Shown here one piece after another: positions 10,295 to 20,293 of a stretch of DNA of 37,790 bases. The stretch spans positions 24,238,352 to 24,276,141 of the forward strand of contig NC_068981.1 in NCBI RefSeq assembly GCF_001194135.2, given 5' to 3'. Made by a program: the position numbers and the translations under genes. Source of the stretch: Octopus bimaculoides. Taxonomy: Eukaryota. Position 1 is the first letter of the stretch, and each line of letters begins with the position of its first letter. The notes beneath the pieces are model-generated. The model did not search any database, was not told the DNA's origin, and saw only the letters and a program-made list of their open reading frames with translations.

Positions 10295-10399
10295 TGGAAT
10301 TTACTATGGTGGAATATACCGTGGAATTTACCTATGGTGAAATTTACCTGGTGGAATTTTCCGTGGTGAAATTTTCCGTGGTGGAATTTACCTAGAACC
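10295..10399 (-). repeat. Right TIR, inverted array of about 15-bp units
   Basis: The reverse complement reproduces the left arm, including the variant units ggaaaattccacca, ggtaaatttcaccata and ggtatattccacca in the same order. Confidence 0.93.
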
Positions 10400-10519
10400 G
10401 TTGGACCCCTTTGGGAGTAAACACAAACCCGGATGAGAAAAATACGCCTCAAGTGTTACTTTCCGATTATAATTCCATTCACATCTAGGAGGCGAATATT
10501 GTAGGAATATTAAATCAAA

Positions 10520-10655
10520 CACTTTACTTGACCCGTACTTTACTTGGGGAAAGGTAAAGTTGAACTCAGAAGCAGTTCAATTCAAACAAAATGGGACGTG
10601 ACTAAACCTCACAAACCATTTTGTCCACCGCTCTACCAATTCTGCTGGCGTTGAC
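10520..10655 (-). mobile_element. Highly degenerate SINE family 2 remnant
   Basis: ggaaaggtaaagttgaactcagaag...ctaccaattctgctggcg resembles the family 2 body and head. Confidence 0.45.
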
Positions 10656-10960
10656 TAAACAGCGCTTGATAGTTTAATGATAATTTACCGCCCTATCATT
10701 CACCACCGTTTTCCTTATGAAAATGTAGTTCCCACCTCACTGCATTGTCACATTTTATATGCTCGTCAGTGGAGAGGAGCATGAATTGAACAAAGACTGT
10801 AAAAAGAGACGTGGCAAAGTACTTTAAGATTTTTAATCTAGCCTTCATCGTTTATTTACATTCCAGACACGTTGCGAATAACGAATGCAATTAATTAAAA
10901 TTCTGAAAATTTGTGCCATTTTGTAAAAATAAATCAAACAGTCATTTGCCGAATGAAATA

Positions 10961-11167
10961 TATTTGGTTGGTGCATAATTATTGCGGCTTTTTTTTTTCA
11001 ATAAATTTTATTCAACAAAATTTTTTAACAAAACGCCAAGCAGAAATTGATGTAGATGGTGAACATGCTCCGGAATATTCATTTAAAATGTTTTTTTGTT
11101 AAATGTTATTGTTTTTGTGGAATAAAATTCAGTGAAAAAAAGCCACAATAATTATGCACCAGCAATA
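10961..11167. mobile_element. Mariner-derived MITE (about 207 bp)
   Basis: TIRs TA-tttggttGGTGCATAATTATTGCGGCTTTTTT and (reverse complement) TA-ttgctGGTGCATAATTATTGTGGCTTTTTT. TA ends, AT-rich non-coding interior. The TIR resembles MADE1/Hsmar1-type ends. Confidence 0.85.
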
Positions 11168-11197
11168 AAATTAACAGTTATGAAAAAAAATAAATAA

Positions 11198-11825
11198 TGC
11201 TTTCTAATTTTGGCACAAAGCTAGCAATTTTAGTGAGAGGGAATAAAGGATGTAATTGACTCCAGTACTTGATTGGCGCTTTACTTCATCGCCCCTGAAA
11301 GGCAAGGATAGTCTCGCCGGAATTTGAACTCGAAATGTAAAGTGACAGAATAAATGCGACCATGTATTTTGTCCGGGTGTTAGCGATTCTGCCAATCCAC
11401 CATTCTATAATGGTTCCTAATTCAGGTACAGGGCATAGCATTTTGGAGGGGCCACGTTAACCGACATCATCGACCACAGCATTTGATTGGTACTTTAGTT
11501 TATCGAGCCCAAAATAAAGAAAAGCAAGTTGACCTTTGCAGGATTTGAACTCAAAATGTAAAGAGTCGGAACAAATGCCGTAGAGTATTTTTTCCCAACA
11601 CTTTTATGACTCAGCCCGTTGCCGCTTTTAATAGTAAGTTAGGCAAAAGCCGGGTATTTTAAGGGGTGGGTATTAGTCGATTATATCGACCCAAGTACTT
11701 GACTAACACTGTATTTTTTCAACGCCGGGAGGATGAAAGGCAAAACGACATCGGTAGGATTTGAACTCTGAATGCAAATGCAGAACAAATTGTGCAAAGT
11801 ATTTTGTCCGATGCTCGAATAATTT
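11198..11825 (-). mobile_element. Three older head-to-tail SINE family 2 copies
   Basis: Three diverged repeats of ggcacaa(g)gccagcaatttt...gaaaggc...gaatttgaactc, at about 11198-11405, 11406-11630 and 11630-11825. Confidence 0.85.
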
Positions 11826-11944
11826 CTTAATGGAGATACAATGAAATAGCAAAGCTGTTATATATAAGCCTAGCAATCAAATTTCAACTACTGCAAGAAA
11901 AGCTGTCTGATACTTATATGAGGCTCCACTGCCTTCGAAAATAA

Positions 11945-12375
11945 TGATTTCAAATTTTAGCACAAGGCCAGCAATTTTGGAGTAGGGGGTTAAGTCGATT
12001 ACATCAGCCCAAGTTTCCAACTGGTACTTATTTTATCAGCCCCGAAAGGATTAAAGGCAAAGTCGACCTCGACGAAATTTGAACTAAAAAACGTAAAGAC
12101 AGACGAAATGCTGCTCAGCATGTTGCCCGGCGGTGTTAACGATTCTTATTTCTTTACTGCCCACAAGGGGTTACACACAGAAGGGACAGACAAGGACAGA
12201 CAAAGGAATTAAGTCGATTACATCGACCCCAGTGCGTAACTGGTACTTAATTTATCGACCCCGAAAGGATGAAAGGCAAAGTCGACCCCGGCGAAATTTG
12301 AACTCAGAACGTAAAGACAGACGAAATACCGCTCAGCATTTCGCCCAGCGTGCTAACGATTCTGCCAGCTCGCAG
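11945..12375 (-). mobile_element. SINE family 2 dimer
   Basis: Minus strand reads gcgagctggcagaatcgttagc (A box), ttctgagttcaaatt (B box) and gtcgactttgcctttcatcctttcggggtcgataaattaagtaccag (conserved core). The second unit starts after the A box. Confidence 0.93.
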
Positions 12376-12696
12376 TCTTTGTCATCAAAAATAGTAGCTG
12401 TGGAAGTTACAATACAGACCGCGCCATTAGATAGCATGTAATAAGATTGATGAAAATGACAGTGTATTAATTATTGGCATAGCAATAACAACTGATTATA
12501 ACGCTCTACAGAAATGAACTGTTGAACTGAAAACATGGCAAGTTAAGGAACGTGTCTATCATTCCTTAACAACCAGAATGATATACAGCCATAGAGTAAG
12601 GACATAGATAATTTTTCTTACAAGGCTAGACATTGGTGCGTACCAGAAAATAGCTATATTAGAATCTATAATCATTTTTCAGTCATTCTTACACAG

Positions 12697-12826
12697 CACT
12701 TTTGTTAACCCTATACATTTTGTCATCCATAAGTTTTTTTTTAATCATAACATTAAGCATTTTGTTAAGCATAAACATTTTATTAATCCTCTGCATTTTG
12801 CTAATCCTCAGCATGTTCGTTAACTC
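12697..12826. repeat. Degenerate 18-bp minisatellite (cattttgttaatcctcag-like)
   Basis: Units at 12758, 12776, 12794 and 12812 have exact 18-nt spacing, with weaker units upstream. Confidence 0.7.
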
Positions 12827-13184
12827 TTAATCTTGAACGTTCTCTTTAATCTCTGACATCCTTGTCAACTCTAACTGTTTGTATAGATATGCAAACACTT
12901 ATATCAAAAAGACCTGAAACTGAACAAAGGGTAGCTGCGTGATAAAAAGAAAACAACTTTGCAGTCACTCTCATGCGGTTATGAACCGTATTAGTCTGTA
13001 CTATACTTTCACTAATTGTTTTGAGGTGCCTGTATAGCCTTGGGCAGACATATACATCCTTCAATCCTTGGCCCAACGGACCATCAAGCATGTCACAATA
13101 GGAGGATAGAACAGGATGCACCAGCACTAGGCTAGCACTCATTTTCAACAGAGTAGACTAAAACACAACGACGCAATACATCGC

Positions 13185-13250
13185 ATGATCCAGAAATCAA
13201 ATCCATCACCTTATGATCTTCAGCTAAACACTCTAACCGCTAGACCACCT
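13185..13250 (-). mobile_element. Degenerate tRNA-like SINE head
   Basis: Minus strand gtggtctagcggttagagtg... has an A box. The B box is decayed. Confidence 0.45.
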
Positions 13251-13529
13251 GAGTTAAGCAGACAAAAAAGGAAGTTGATATCACATCGAAACATGAATAG
13301 TTAACAGTAGGTCGAGATTTTATTGATCGCATAAAAAAACATTCGTTATTATATGCGTCACATTACTATGATACTATGTGTGGAGACATTTGATATTTCC
13401 ATCTCTTCAGTACCACATGTAGACAGATGTAGACGTGGATGTGAAGTAAACTTAACCACACAACCACGAATGATTTGACTGTTATCTCTAGCACGTCAAT
13501 ATCTCCATTGAAGCTAGTCTTTTATTATC

Positions 13530-14135
13530 ATTATTTCCTACTCTAGGCACAAGGTCTGAAATTTTTAGGGAAGATTACCAGTCGATTAATTATCGACCCA
13601 AAAGGATGAAAGGCAAAGTCGACTTCGGCAGAATTTGAACTCAGAACGTAAAAACAGACGAAATACCGCTAAGCATTTTGACCGGCGTGCTAATGTTTCT
13701 CATTTATTTACTGCCCACAAGGGGCTAAACATAGAGGGGACAAACGAAGACAGACAAAGGGATTAAGTCGATTAGATCGACCACACTGCGTAACTGGTAC
13801 TTAATTTATCGACCCTGAAAGGATGAAAGGCAAAGTCAACCTTGGCGGAATTTGAACTCAGAACGTAAAGACAGACAAAATACCGCTAAGCATTTCGCCC
13901 GGCATGCTAACGTTTCTTATTTCTGTATTGCCCACAAGGGGCTAAACATAGAGGGGACAAACAAAGGGATTAAGTCGATTAGATCGACCCAACTGCATAA
14001 CTGGTACATCAATCCCGAAAAGATGAAAGAGCAAAGTCGACCTCGGTGGAATTTGAACTCAGAACGCAACGGCAGACGAAATGCCGCTAAGCATTTCGTC
14101 CAGCGTGCTAACGTTTCTGCCAGCTCGCAGCCTTC
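13530..14135 (-). mobile_element. SINE family 2 trimer
   Basis: Units at about 14135-13914, 13913-13697 and 13696-13530. Only the first has a complete head. Confidence 0.93.
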
Positions 14136-14595
14136 ATCGAAACTCGTCTATTTTGCCTACGTATATCAACATATTTACATTACTAATGTCAGAAGTATGT
14201 ATCTTTTTATCTTCACAACAGGTTATTTCAGAATTATTGGTTGTTGAAAATTCTAATTTCACGCATAGTGAATTCGGTCTTCAAGTCATAAATGACCTTT
14301 TCAGTTTTCCGGAACAAAAGCTTTACTCCGTCATTGCTTTCAAACCCCCACTCGCCTGCCTGCCTGCCTGCCTGCCTCCCTCCCACAGTCACCTACTATC
14401 TCTTTATCTCTTGCATAAAGTAGAAAGCCATGGAAAACTTTAATACCGACAGGCCAAGTGATTAGACATGATGAAAAAAGATAAACAATTTCGTATTTAA
14501 GGTTTAAACAAGCTTTTCACTCTTATAATATCAAAGGTTAGACATACTTCCGCTTTTGTGCCATGTCAAAATTCGAAACATGGATATAAACAAAT

Positions 14596-14616
14596 TCTCT
14601 CTCTCTCTCTCTCTCA

Positions 14617-14678
<62 letters not shown>

Positions 14679-14966
14679 NNNNNNNNNNNNNNNNNNNNNN
14701 NNNNNNNNNNNNNNNNNNNNNNNNNNNNNNNNNNNNNNNNNNNNNNNNNNNNNNNNNNNNNNNNNNNNNNNNNNNNNNNNNNNNNNNNNNNNNNNNNNNN
14801 NNNNNNNNNNNNNNNNNNNNNNNNNNNNNNNNNNNNNNNNNNNNNNNNNNNNNNNNNNNNNNNNNNNNNNNNNNNNNNNNNNNNNNNNNNNNNNNNNNNN
14901 NNNNNNNNNNNNNNNNNNNNNNNNNNNNNNNNNNNNNNNNNNNNNNNNNNNNNNNNNNNNNNNNNN

Positions 14967-15015
<49 letters not shown>

Positions 15016-15425
15016 ACACACGCACACATCTCGCCTTATCGTTCGATGTCATCGTTGTCATGATTCTCTTTCTACTCCTCCACTACCATACACTCTTATC
15101 TTCCTTTCACACTCCACTCTCTCTTTCTTTCTTTCTTACTCTCTCTCTCTCTCTTTCTCTCGTTCTCTCGCTCTCTCTTACACTCTCTTTCGTTCTCACG
15201 CGCTTTCTAACTTCTTACTCTCTTTCACTCACACACCCTTCACACTGTTACACACACTCTTTTTCCCTCTCCTTCTCTCTTTCCCTCTCTTTCTCTCTCT
15301 CTCTCTGTATCTGTCTCTCAATCTCACAGTGTCACAGTGTCATTCTTTCTCACATTCTGTCTTCCTCTTTTTCTTTCTCACCCACAGTCTCTCATCCCCC
15401 GTCTCTCTCACACTCTCTCTCTCTC
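14596..15425. repeat. (CT)n microsatellite with gap (N 14679-14966) and a long degenerate CT/CA-rich tract
   Basis: Read directly from the sequence. Confidence 0.95.
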
Positions 15426-15840
15426 TTTCACATGATTTTTACAGCATGGACCACAGACTAAATATGACAATTATTTATAATCATTCTGTTTTTATTTATT
15501 TGTATTTATTTTGATTTCAACATCTAGTTCTCCAATTGTCTCAAACGGTTCACAGATATTCATAACTTAAAGTTCCTCGTTCAAGTTCGGCTTGTGGATG
15601 CCGTTTTCTTATTGAAATAATCTTTTTTTTTTTAAATCATCGAGCAATGGCTGACACGATGAGCAAATCAAAGGGGCCGGTTAAACTTCTCCTGCTTTCG
15701 TCTCCATATTATCTCGTCTTCGACAAGACACTTAACCTTCTAGAAAATCAAAACAGAATTTATACAATTGTTATTAAGGAAAAAAAAATTAACGTTTTCT
15801 TTCCAAATTTTATACAAGCTAACAACAAACAAACAATGCA

Positions 15841-15845
15841 TATAT

Positions 15846-15918
<73 letters not shown>

Positions 15919-16577
15919 NNNNNNNNNNNNNNNNNNNNNNNNNNNNNNNNNNNNNNNNNNNNNNNNNNNNNNNNNNNNNNNNNNNNNNNNNNNNNNNNNN
16001 NNNNNNNNNNNNNNNNNNNNNNNNNNNNNNNNNNNNNNNNNNNNNNNNNNNNNNNNNNNNNNNNNNNNNNNNNNNNNNNNNNNNNNNNNNNNNNNNNNNN
16101 NNNNNNNNNNNNNNNNNNNNNNNNNNNNNNNNNNNNNNNNNNNNNNNNNNNNNNNNNNNNNNNNNNNNNNNNNNNNNNNNNNNNNNNNNNNNNNNNNNNN
16201 NNNNNNNNNNNNNNNNNNNNNNNNNNNNNNNNNNNNNNNNNNNNNNNNNNNNNNNNNNNNNNNNNNNNNNNNNNNNNNNNNNNNNNNNNNNNNNNNNNNN
16301 NNNNNNNNNNNNNNNNNNNNNNNNNNNNNNNNNNNNNNNNNNNNNNNNNNNNNNNNNNNNNNNNNNNNNNNNNNNNNNNNNNNNNNNNNNNNNNNNNNNN
16401 NNNNNNNNNNNNNNNNNNNNNNNNNNNNNNNNNNNNNNNNNNNNNNNNNNNNNNNNNNNNNNNNNNNNNNNNNNNNNNNNNNNNNNNNNNNNNNNNNNNN
16501 NNNNNNNNNNNNNNNNNNNNNNNNNNNNNNNNNNNNNNNNNNNNNNNNNNNNNNNNNNNNNNNNNNNNNNNNNNNNN
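15841..16577. repeat. (TA)/(TACA)/(CA)n microsatellite followed by a gap (N 15919-16577)
   Basis: Read directly from the sequence. Confidence 0.97.
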
Positions 16578-16850
16578 TATATATAGGGAGAATTCACAAC
16601 AAAAAAAACAACAAACGAAGACAGATGGGATTGAAAATAAATAGATGTATTAGTTATAACGCTCGGGAATTGAGAAAGTCTTTAACGTTTCGAGCGTACG
16701 CTCTTCTACAGAAAGGAACACGGAAAGCAAGTGCAGATTAGAGAAAACAGAGTAAGAACATCCCGAGTAGGAAGAAACGACAGAAAAAAAGAACAGTAAG
16801 TACACACATATACATATATAAACTCGACTCAAAGCGAGCGCATAGTAGGA
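16578..16850 (-). mobile_element. Penelope-like pseudo-LTR remnant
   Basis: T-rich minus-strand segment containing a minimal hammerhead motif and ending in ccctatata. The architecture is typical of Penelope terminal repeats (inferred, not aligned). Confidence 0.55.
16680..16715 (-). ncRNA. Minimal type I hammerhead ribozyme motif (one core substitution)
   Basis: Minus strand CTTT-CTGTAGA-A-GAGCG-TA-CGCTC-GAAA-CGT-T-AAAG. Stem I is 4 bp, stem II is 5 bp, and stem III is the palindrome ACGT. The core CUGANGA carries A6 to U. Confidence 0.65.
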
Positions 16851-16859
16851 GAAATCTTC

Positions 16860-17620
16860 AGACGAAGAACTCCCATCCGACAAGTGTTTCGTTCCTTATA
16901 CCTGACACTCTACGGGAACCAGGCCCACCTAGGTCATGTCTACTATGTGCCCTTCTGCTGCTTTCCAAAATATTGTCTCTAGCGAGATTTGAACCTGGGT
17001 CGTTCTTTTTGTGAACTTGTGTCCTCGGGTCTGTGTTTCGGCCCACTAGGTCACTCTGCCCGACGAAGGAACCAGTTCTCTTATTCCTTCTACTCCTGTA
17101 AATAGCCAATGGAATCCATAACTAGGTCCATTGGTCGTTGTTCTTCTCCGATATCCACATTGACCTCTATCCAGCAATATCAGACAAGCGTTTGATTGTA
17201 GCAGTTTTTTCTGTGATCTTTGATACCCAACTGCCCGACAGCCAGTAGGTTAATGCAACCACAAATCTTCACGATCCAACTTCAACTATTTTCACAGTAG
17301 AGTGGTAACACTCACTCCTTAGCTGCTTTGCCAGCTCACCATATTTGCTCATCTTAAAAACGTTCCACTCTTCTATGTGGCTCTCGTATGATACTGACAA
17401 TTCAATGAGAATCACTTTGGCAACCTGTTCAGACCATTACAGGAGATCTTGGTCGTGAGCCATTCTTGGTGATAAACTCTGGGTAGTTCTTGTGTTTCTC
17501 ACTGATGCCTGCAGCTAATTCCCAGGAATCCTCGCGTCCATGTAGGTTTCCTCCTGCCACAAATTCATATCCAGTTATCTTCTTCGCTCCAGCCCACTGC
17601 AGAACAATGTCTTCAGGAAA
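16860..17620 (-). mobile_element. HERO-type non-LTR retrotransposon 3' end (restriction-like endonuclease plus 3' UTR)
   Basis: EFVAGGNLHGREDSWELAAGI...YPEFITKNGSRP[+1]DLL*WSEQVAKVILIELSVSYESHIEEWNVFKMSKYGELAKQLRSECY...IVEVGS*RFV...IKRLSDIAG*RSMWI. This matches the HERO pattern RPD/IELxVxxE/KxxKY/VEVGxRGF. The 3' UTR has two cgaaacac motifs. Confidence 0.88.
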
Positions 17621-18231
17621 TAACGAAAGCAGCGAAGAACTGGAGGTCTCTGGCCCGAATTCTTACGGCAGAATGAACTCTGTTACAGACACCTAAGGAC
17701 CAGATTATATTGTTAAACCCGTTGGTGTCTTAGGCCGATGACACAGTTAGAATTATGAGAAAGCTTCTACGCTGTTTTACGACTTTCTAAAAGTGACAAC
17801 TAAATTTTTTCCATATTATGTTGCTTTATACAAAAATATCGTTTCGCATAAAGCACTATACATTATATAGACATTAAGATCAGGTGACTTTAATCAAAGG
17901 ATTACTCTATTGTAGCTAACCTGGAACTAAATGATTATGAACTACTAACAAGTAATCCTCTACATAGTCACTCGACTTGCTGAAGATAGTAACTAAATTT
18001 TCTTCATGCCATATACTACCGTTTTATACAATAAAAGTTTCCTTTAGAAAGCGTATTTCTAGGTATGCAATAGGACGAGATTTTCAAAGCCTGAATGTTT
18101 TTGATCATGTGTCTATTCGATTATGGCTGACCTGGAGCAAAATTGCAACAACTAATGTGCTTATAAATCTCTAATGCACTTGGGAAATGCAAGAACTTCA
18201 CATCGTCTCCTTTATATTTATTCCTCCTCAG

Positions 18232-18325
18232 ATCAAAGGACCTTGCCCCAATTCAAAAAGAATGTCGGCGATCAGTCTTTAAAATAGAGCGAGAATATGA
18301 AAAGACACAAGAAACAAGAAGTTGA
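18232..18325 (+). CDS. Candidate terminal coding exon (xSKDLAPIQKECRRSVFKIEREYEKTQETRS*)
   Basis: Good acceptor cctttatatttattcctcctcAG. The phase-2 frame is open for 30 codons to TGA at 18323-18325, with protein-like composition. AATAAA occurs at 18769 and 19041. No homologue recognised. Confidence 0.4.
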
Positions 18326-19133
18326 AACATTTGTAGATTTTAGTTTTATTCCGTTTCATGTAGAAATGTCATGTCTTGGTAATGACTTCTGATAGTTTTG
18401 CCAAGGTTGGCGCCATCTTTATATTTCTTTAATGTTCTTTGTGAATTACAGCATTAGAGATTACAGCTGTTTTTATTGTTTGTATGGCGGGTTTCTCAAA
18501 TTAGATTAATTAGCACATATCTTGATCAATATCTGTTTTAATGAGCCACAAACCTCATTCTAGAAGTGTCATTGAAAGTATCCATCCAGCAGCCTACCGT
18601 ACACGCACAAGCACGCACACACAAACACCCACACAGACAGACACACGCGCGAGCATACACACAAACAGACAATCCAACCAATGAGGGGAGCTGATATCTG
18701 GTCGCTCGTTTTGCCATAAATAGGAGCCAAATCTTTCTCTAGCGTCTTCAAAAGAAAGCATGTTGGATAATAAATTTTTCGATAAAATGTATCCAGGAAA
18801 GATATGATAGTATTGACTGGAATGCGTTTGGTTATACGCTTTCTGGAAGGGAATGACATAAAGTTAAACAAAAGCAGCAACAACGACAACAACATCAACA
18901 AATGATTACGTGCAGATATTATTATCAAGTTTGCTGAATTCCTAAATTGTCTGAACGTCTATTCTGTTTTGTTCTCTCTCTAAAAATATCACATGTTTAG
19001 CAAGATACCCAGATATTGTGTATGTAGATCAGTTGTATTGAATAAATTCTAAATAAGGTGAACTACATCTCACACGAGAAACGAAATCACACATTCACGC
19101 ACATAAAGATAAATATCAAGTTAATTCAAGATA

Positions 19134-19360
19134 TTCTTGTCTACTCTAGGCCCATGGCCCGAAATTTTTTTTTTTGTGGGGGGGGGGGGTCAATCGAATA
19201 GATCAACTCCAGTACGCAACTGGTACTCAATTTATCGACCCCGAAAGGATGAAAGGCAAAGTCGACCTCGGCGGAATTTGAACTCAGAACATCACGGCAG
19301 ACGAAATACCGCTAAGCATTTCGCCCGGCGTGCTAACGTTTGTGCCAGCTCACCGCCTTA
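19134..19360 (-). mobile_element. SINE family 2 monomer
   Basis: Complete head (aaggcggtgagctggcacaaacgttagc), core and tail. Confidence 0.93.
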
Positions 19361-19470
19361 GGTAATTCAAGGTATTATTTATTGACTATACTAGCTATTA
19401 GTACAAAAAAGGTACACATAGATTTACTATTTACAAGCTATATCGCTGATATGTAAGGAAACATCTTGGA

Positions 19471-19741
19471 TTGGGCAAGTGTCTTCTATGGTCTCGAACC
19501 GACCAAAGCCTTGTAAGAGAATTTGTTAGACGGAAACTGAAAGAAGTACGTCGTATATGTATGTGAGTGCGTGTGTGCGTGTGTCTATGCGTGTGTGCAT
19601 GTGTGTCTTCGTGTCTGTGTTTCTCCCCCACCACCGCTCGACAAACAGTACCAGGTTTAAAATATAAGTACCGGGGTCGATTCGACAAAAATTATTCAAG
19701 ACAGTGCCCCAGCGTGGTCGCTGCCTAATGACTGAAACTAG
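19471..19741 (+). mobile_element. SINE family 1, 5'-truncated
   Basis: ttgggcaagtgtcttcta (CORE-like)...gaccaaagccttg...gacggaaactgaaagaag, internal (TG)n, and the 3' ccagcgtggtcgc...gactgaaac. Confidence 0.9.
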
Positions 19742-20078
19742 TATGAATTGTAAAAATATTAAACGTAGTGGATAAACTTACAGAGCTATATACTTCTAAA
19801 ATAGCAGTTGAGTAGATTCTACATAGATAATTAATTGAGATCTCCTTGACAAAAAGCCAGAAAACCCCAGTTGCAGTTTGAGATGCGAGAAAACTTCCAG
19901 CCGAGTTATGCAGGGAGGCAACCATTACGTTCTCTATGGGCGTATGCAGGCGTATTGGGGATGAAATGATACTTCCCAGATCTTGTTATTCAAACCCATT
20001 TCAGCCCTTATTGAGCCAGACCTATTGTCAAAGAGCTTTATCCAAGCCGTGATCATTCAATTTTTTTTTTCTTTATAT

Positions 20079-20293
20079 AAGGCACCGAGCTGCAGAAACG
20101 TTAGCATGCCAGGCGAAATGCTTTGCGGTTTTTTGTCTGTCTTTACGTTCTGAGTCCAAATTCCACCGAGGTCGACTTTGCCTTTCATCCTTTCGGGGTT
20201 GATAAGTTAAGTACCAGTTGCGTACTGGGGTCGATCTAATCGACTGGACCTTCCACAAAAATTTCGGGCCTTGTGCCTAAAGAAGAAAAGAAT
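20079..20293 (+). mobile_element. SINE family 2 monomer (the only plus-strand copy)
   Basis: aaggcaccgagctgcagaaacgttagc...gtcgactttgcctttcatcctttcgggg...aaatttcgggccttgtgccta. Confidence 0.93.

Larger units (their letters stand above)
8392..10399. mobile_element. Non-autonomous Mutator/Foldback-like (MULE) element with tandem-repeat TIRs, 9-bp TSD and retrotransposon cargo
   Basis: GTTGGACCC at 8383-8391 and again at 10400-10408. Termini are GGTgaccGGTAAATTC and (reverse complement) GGTtctaGGTAAATTC. Each arm has about 7 copies of a 14-16-bp unit (GGTAAATTCCACCAC) in the same variant order. No transposase is present inside. Confidence 0.85.
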
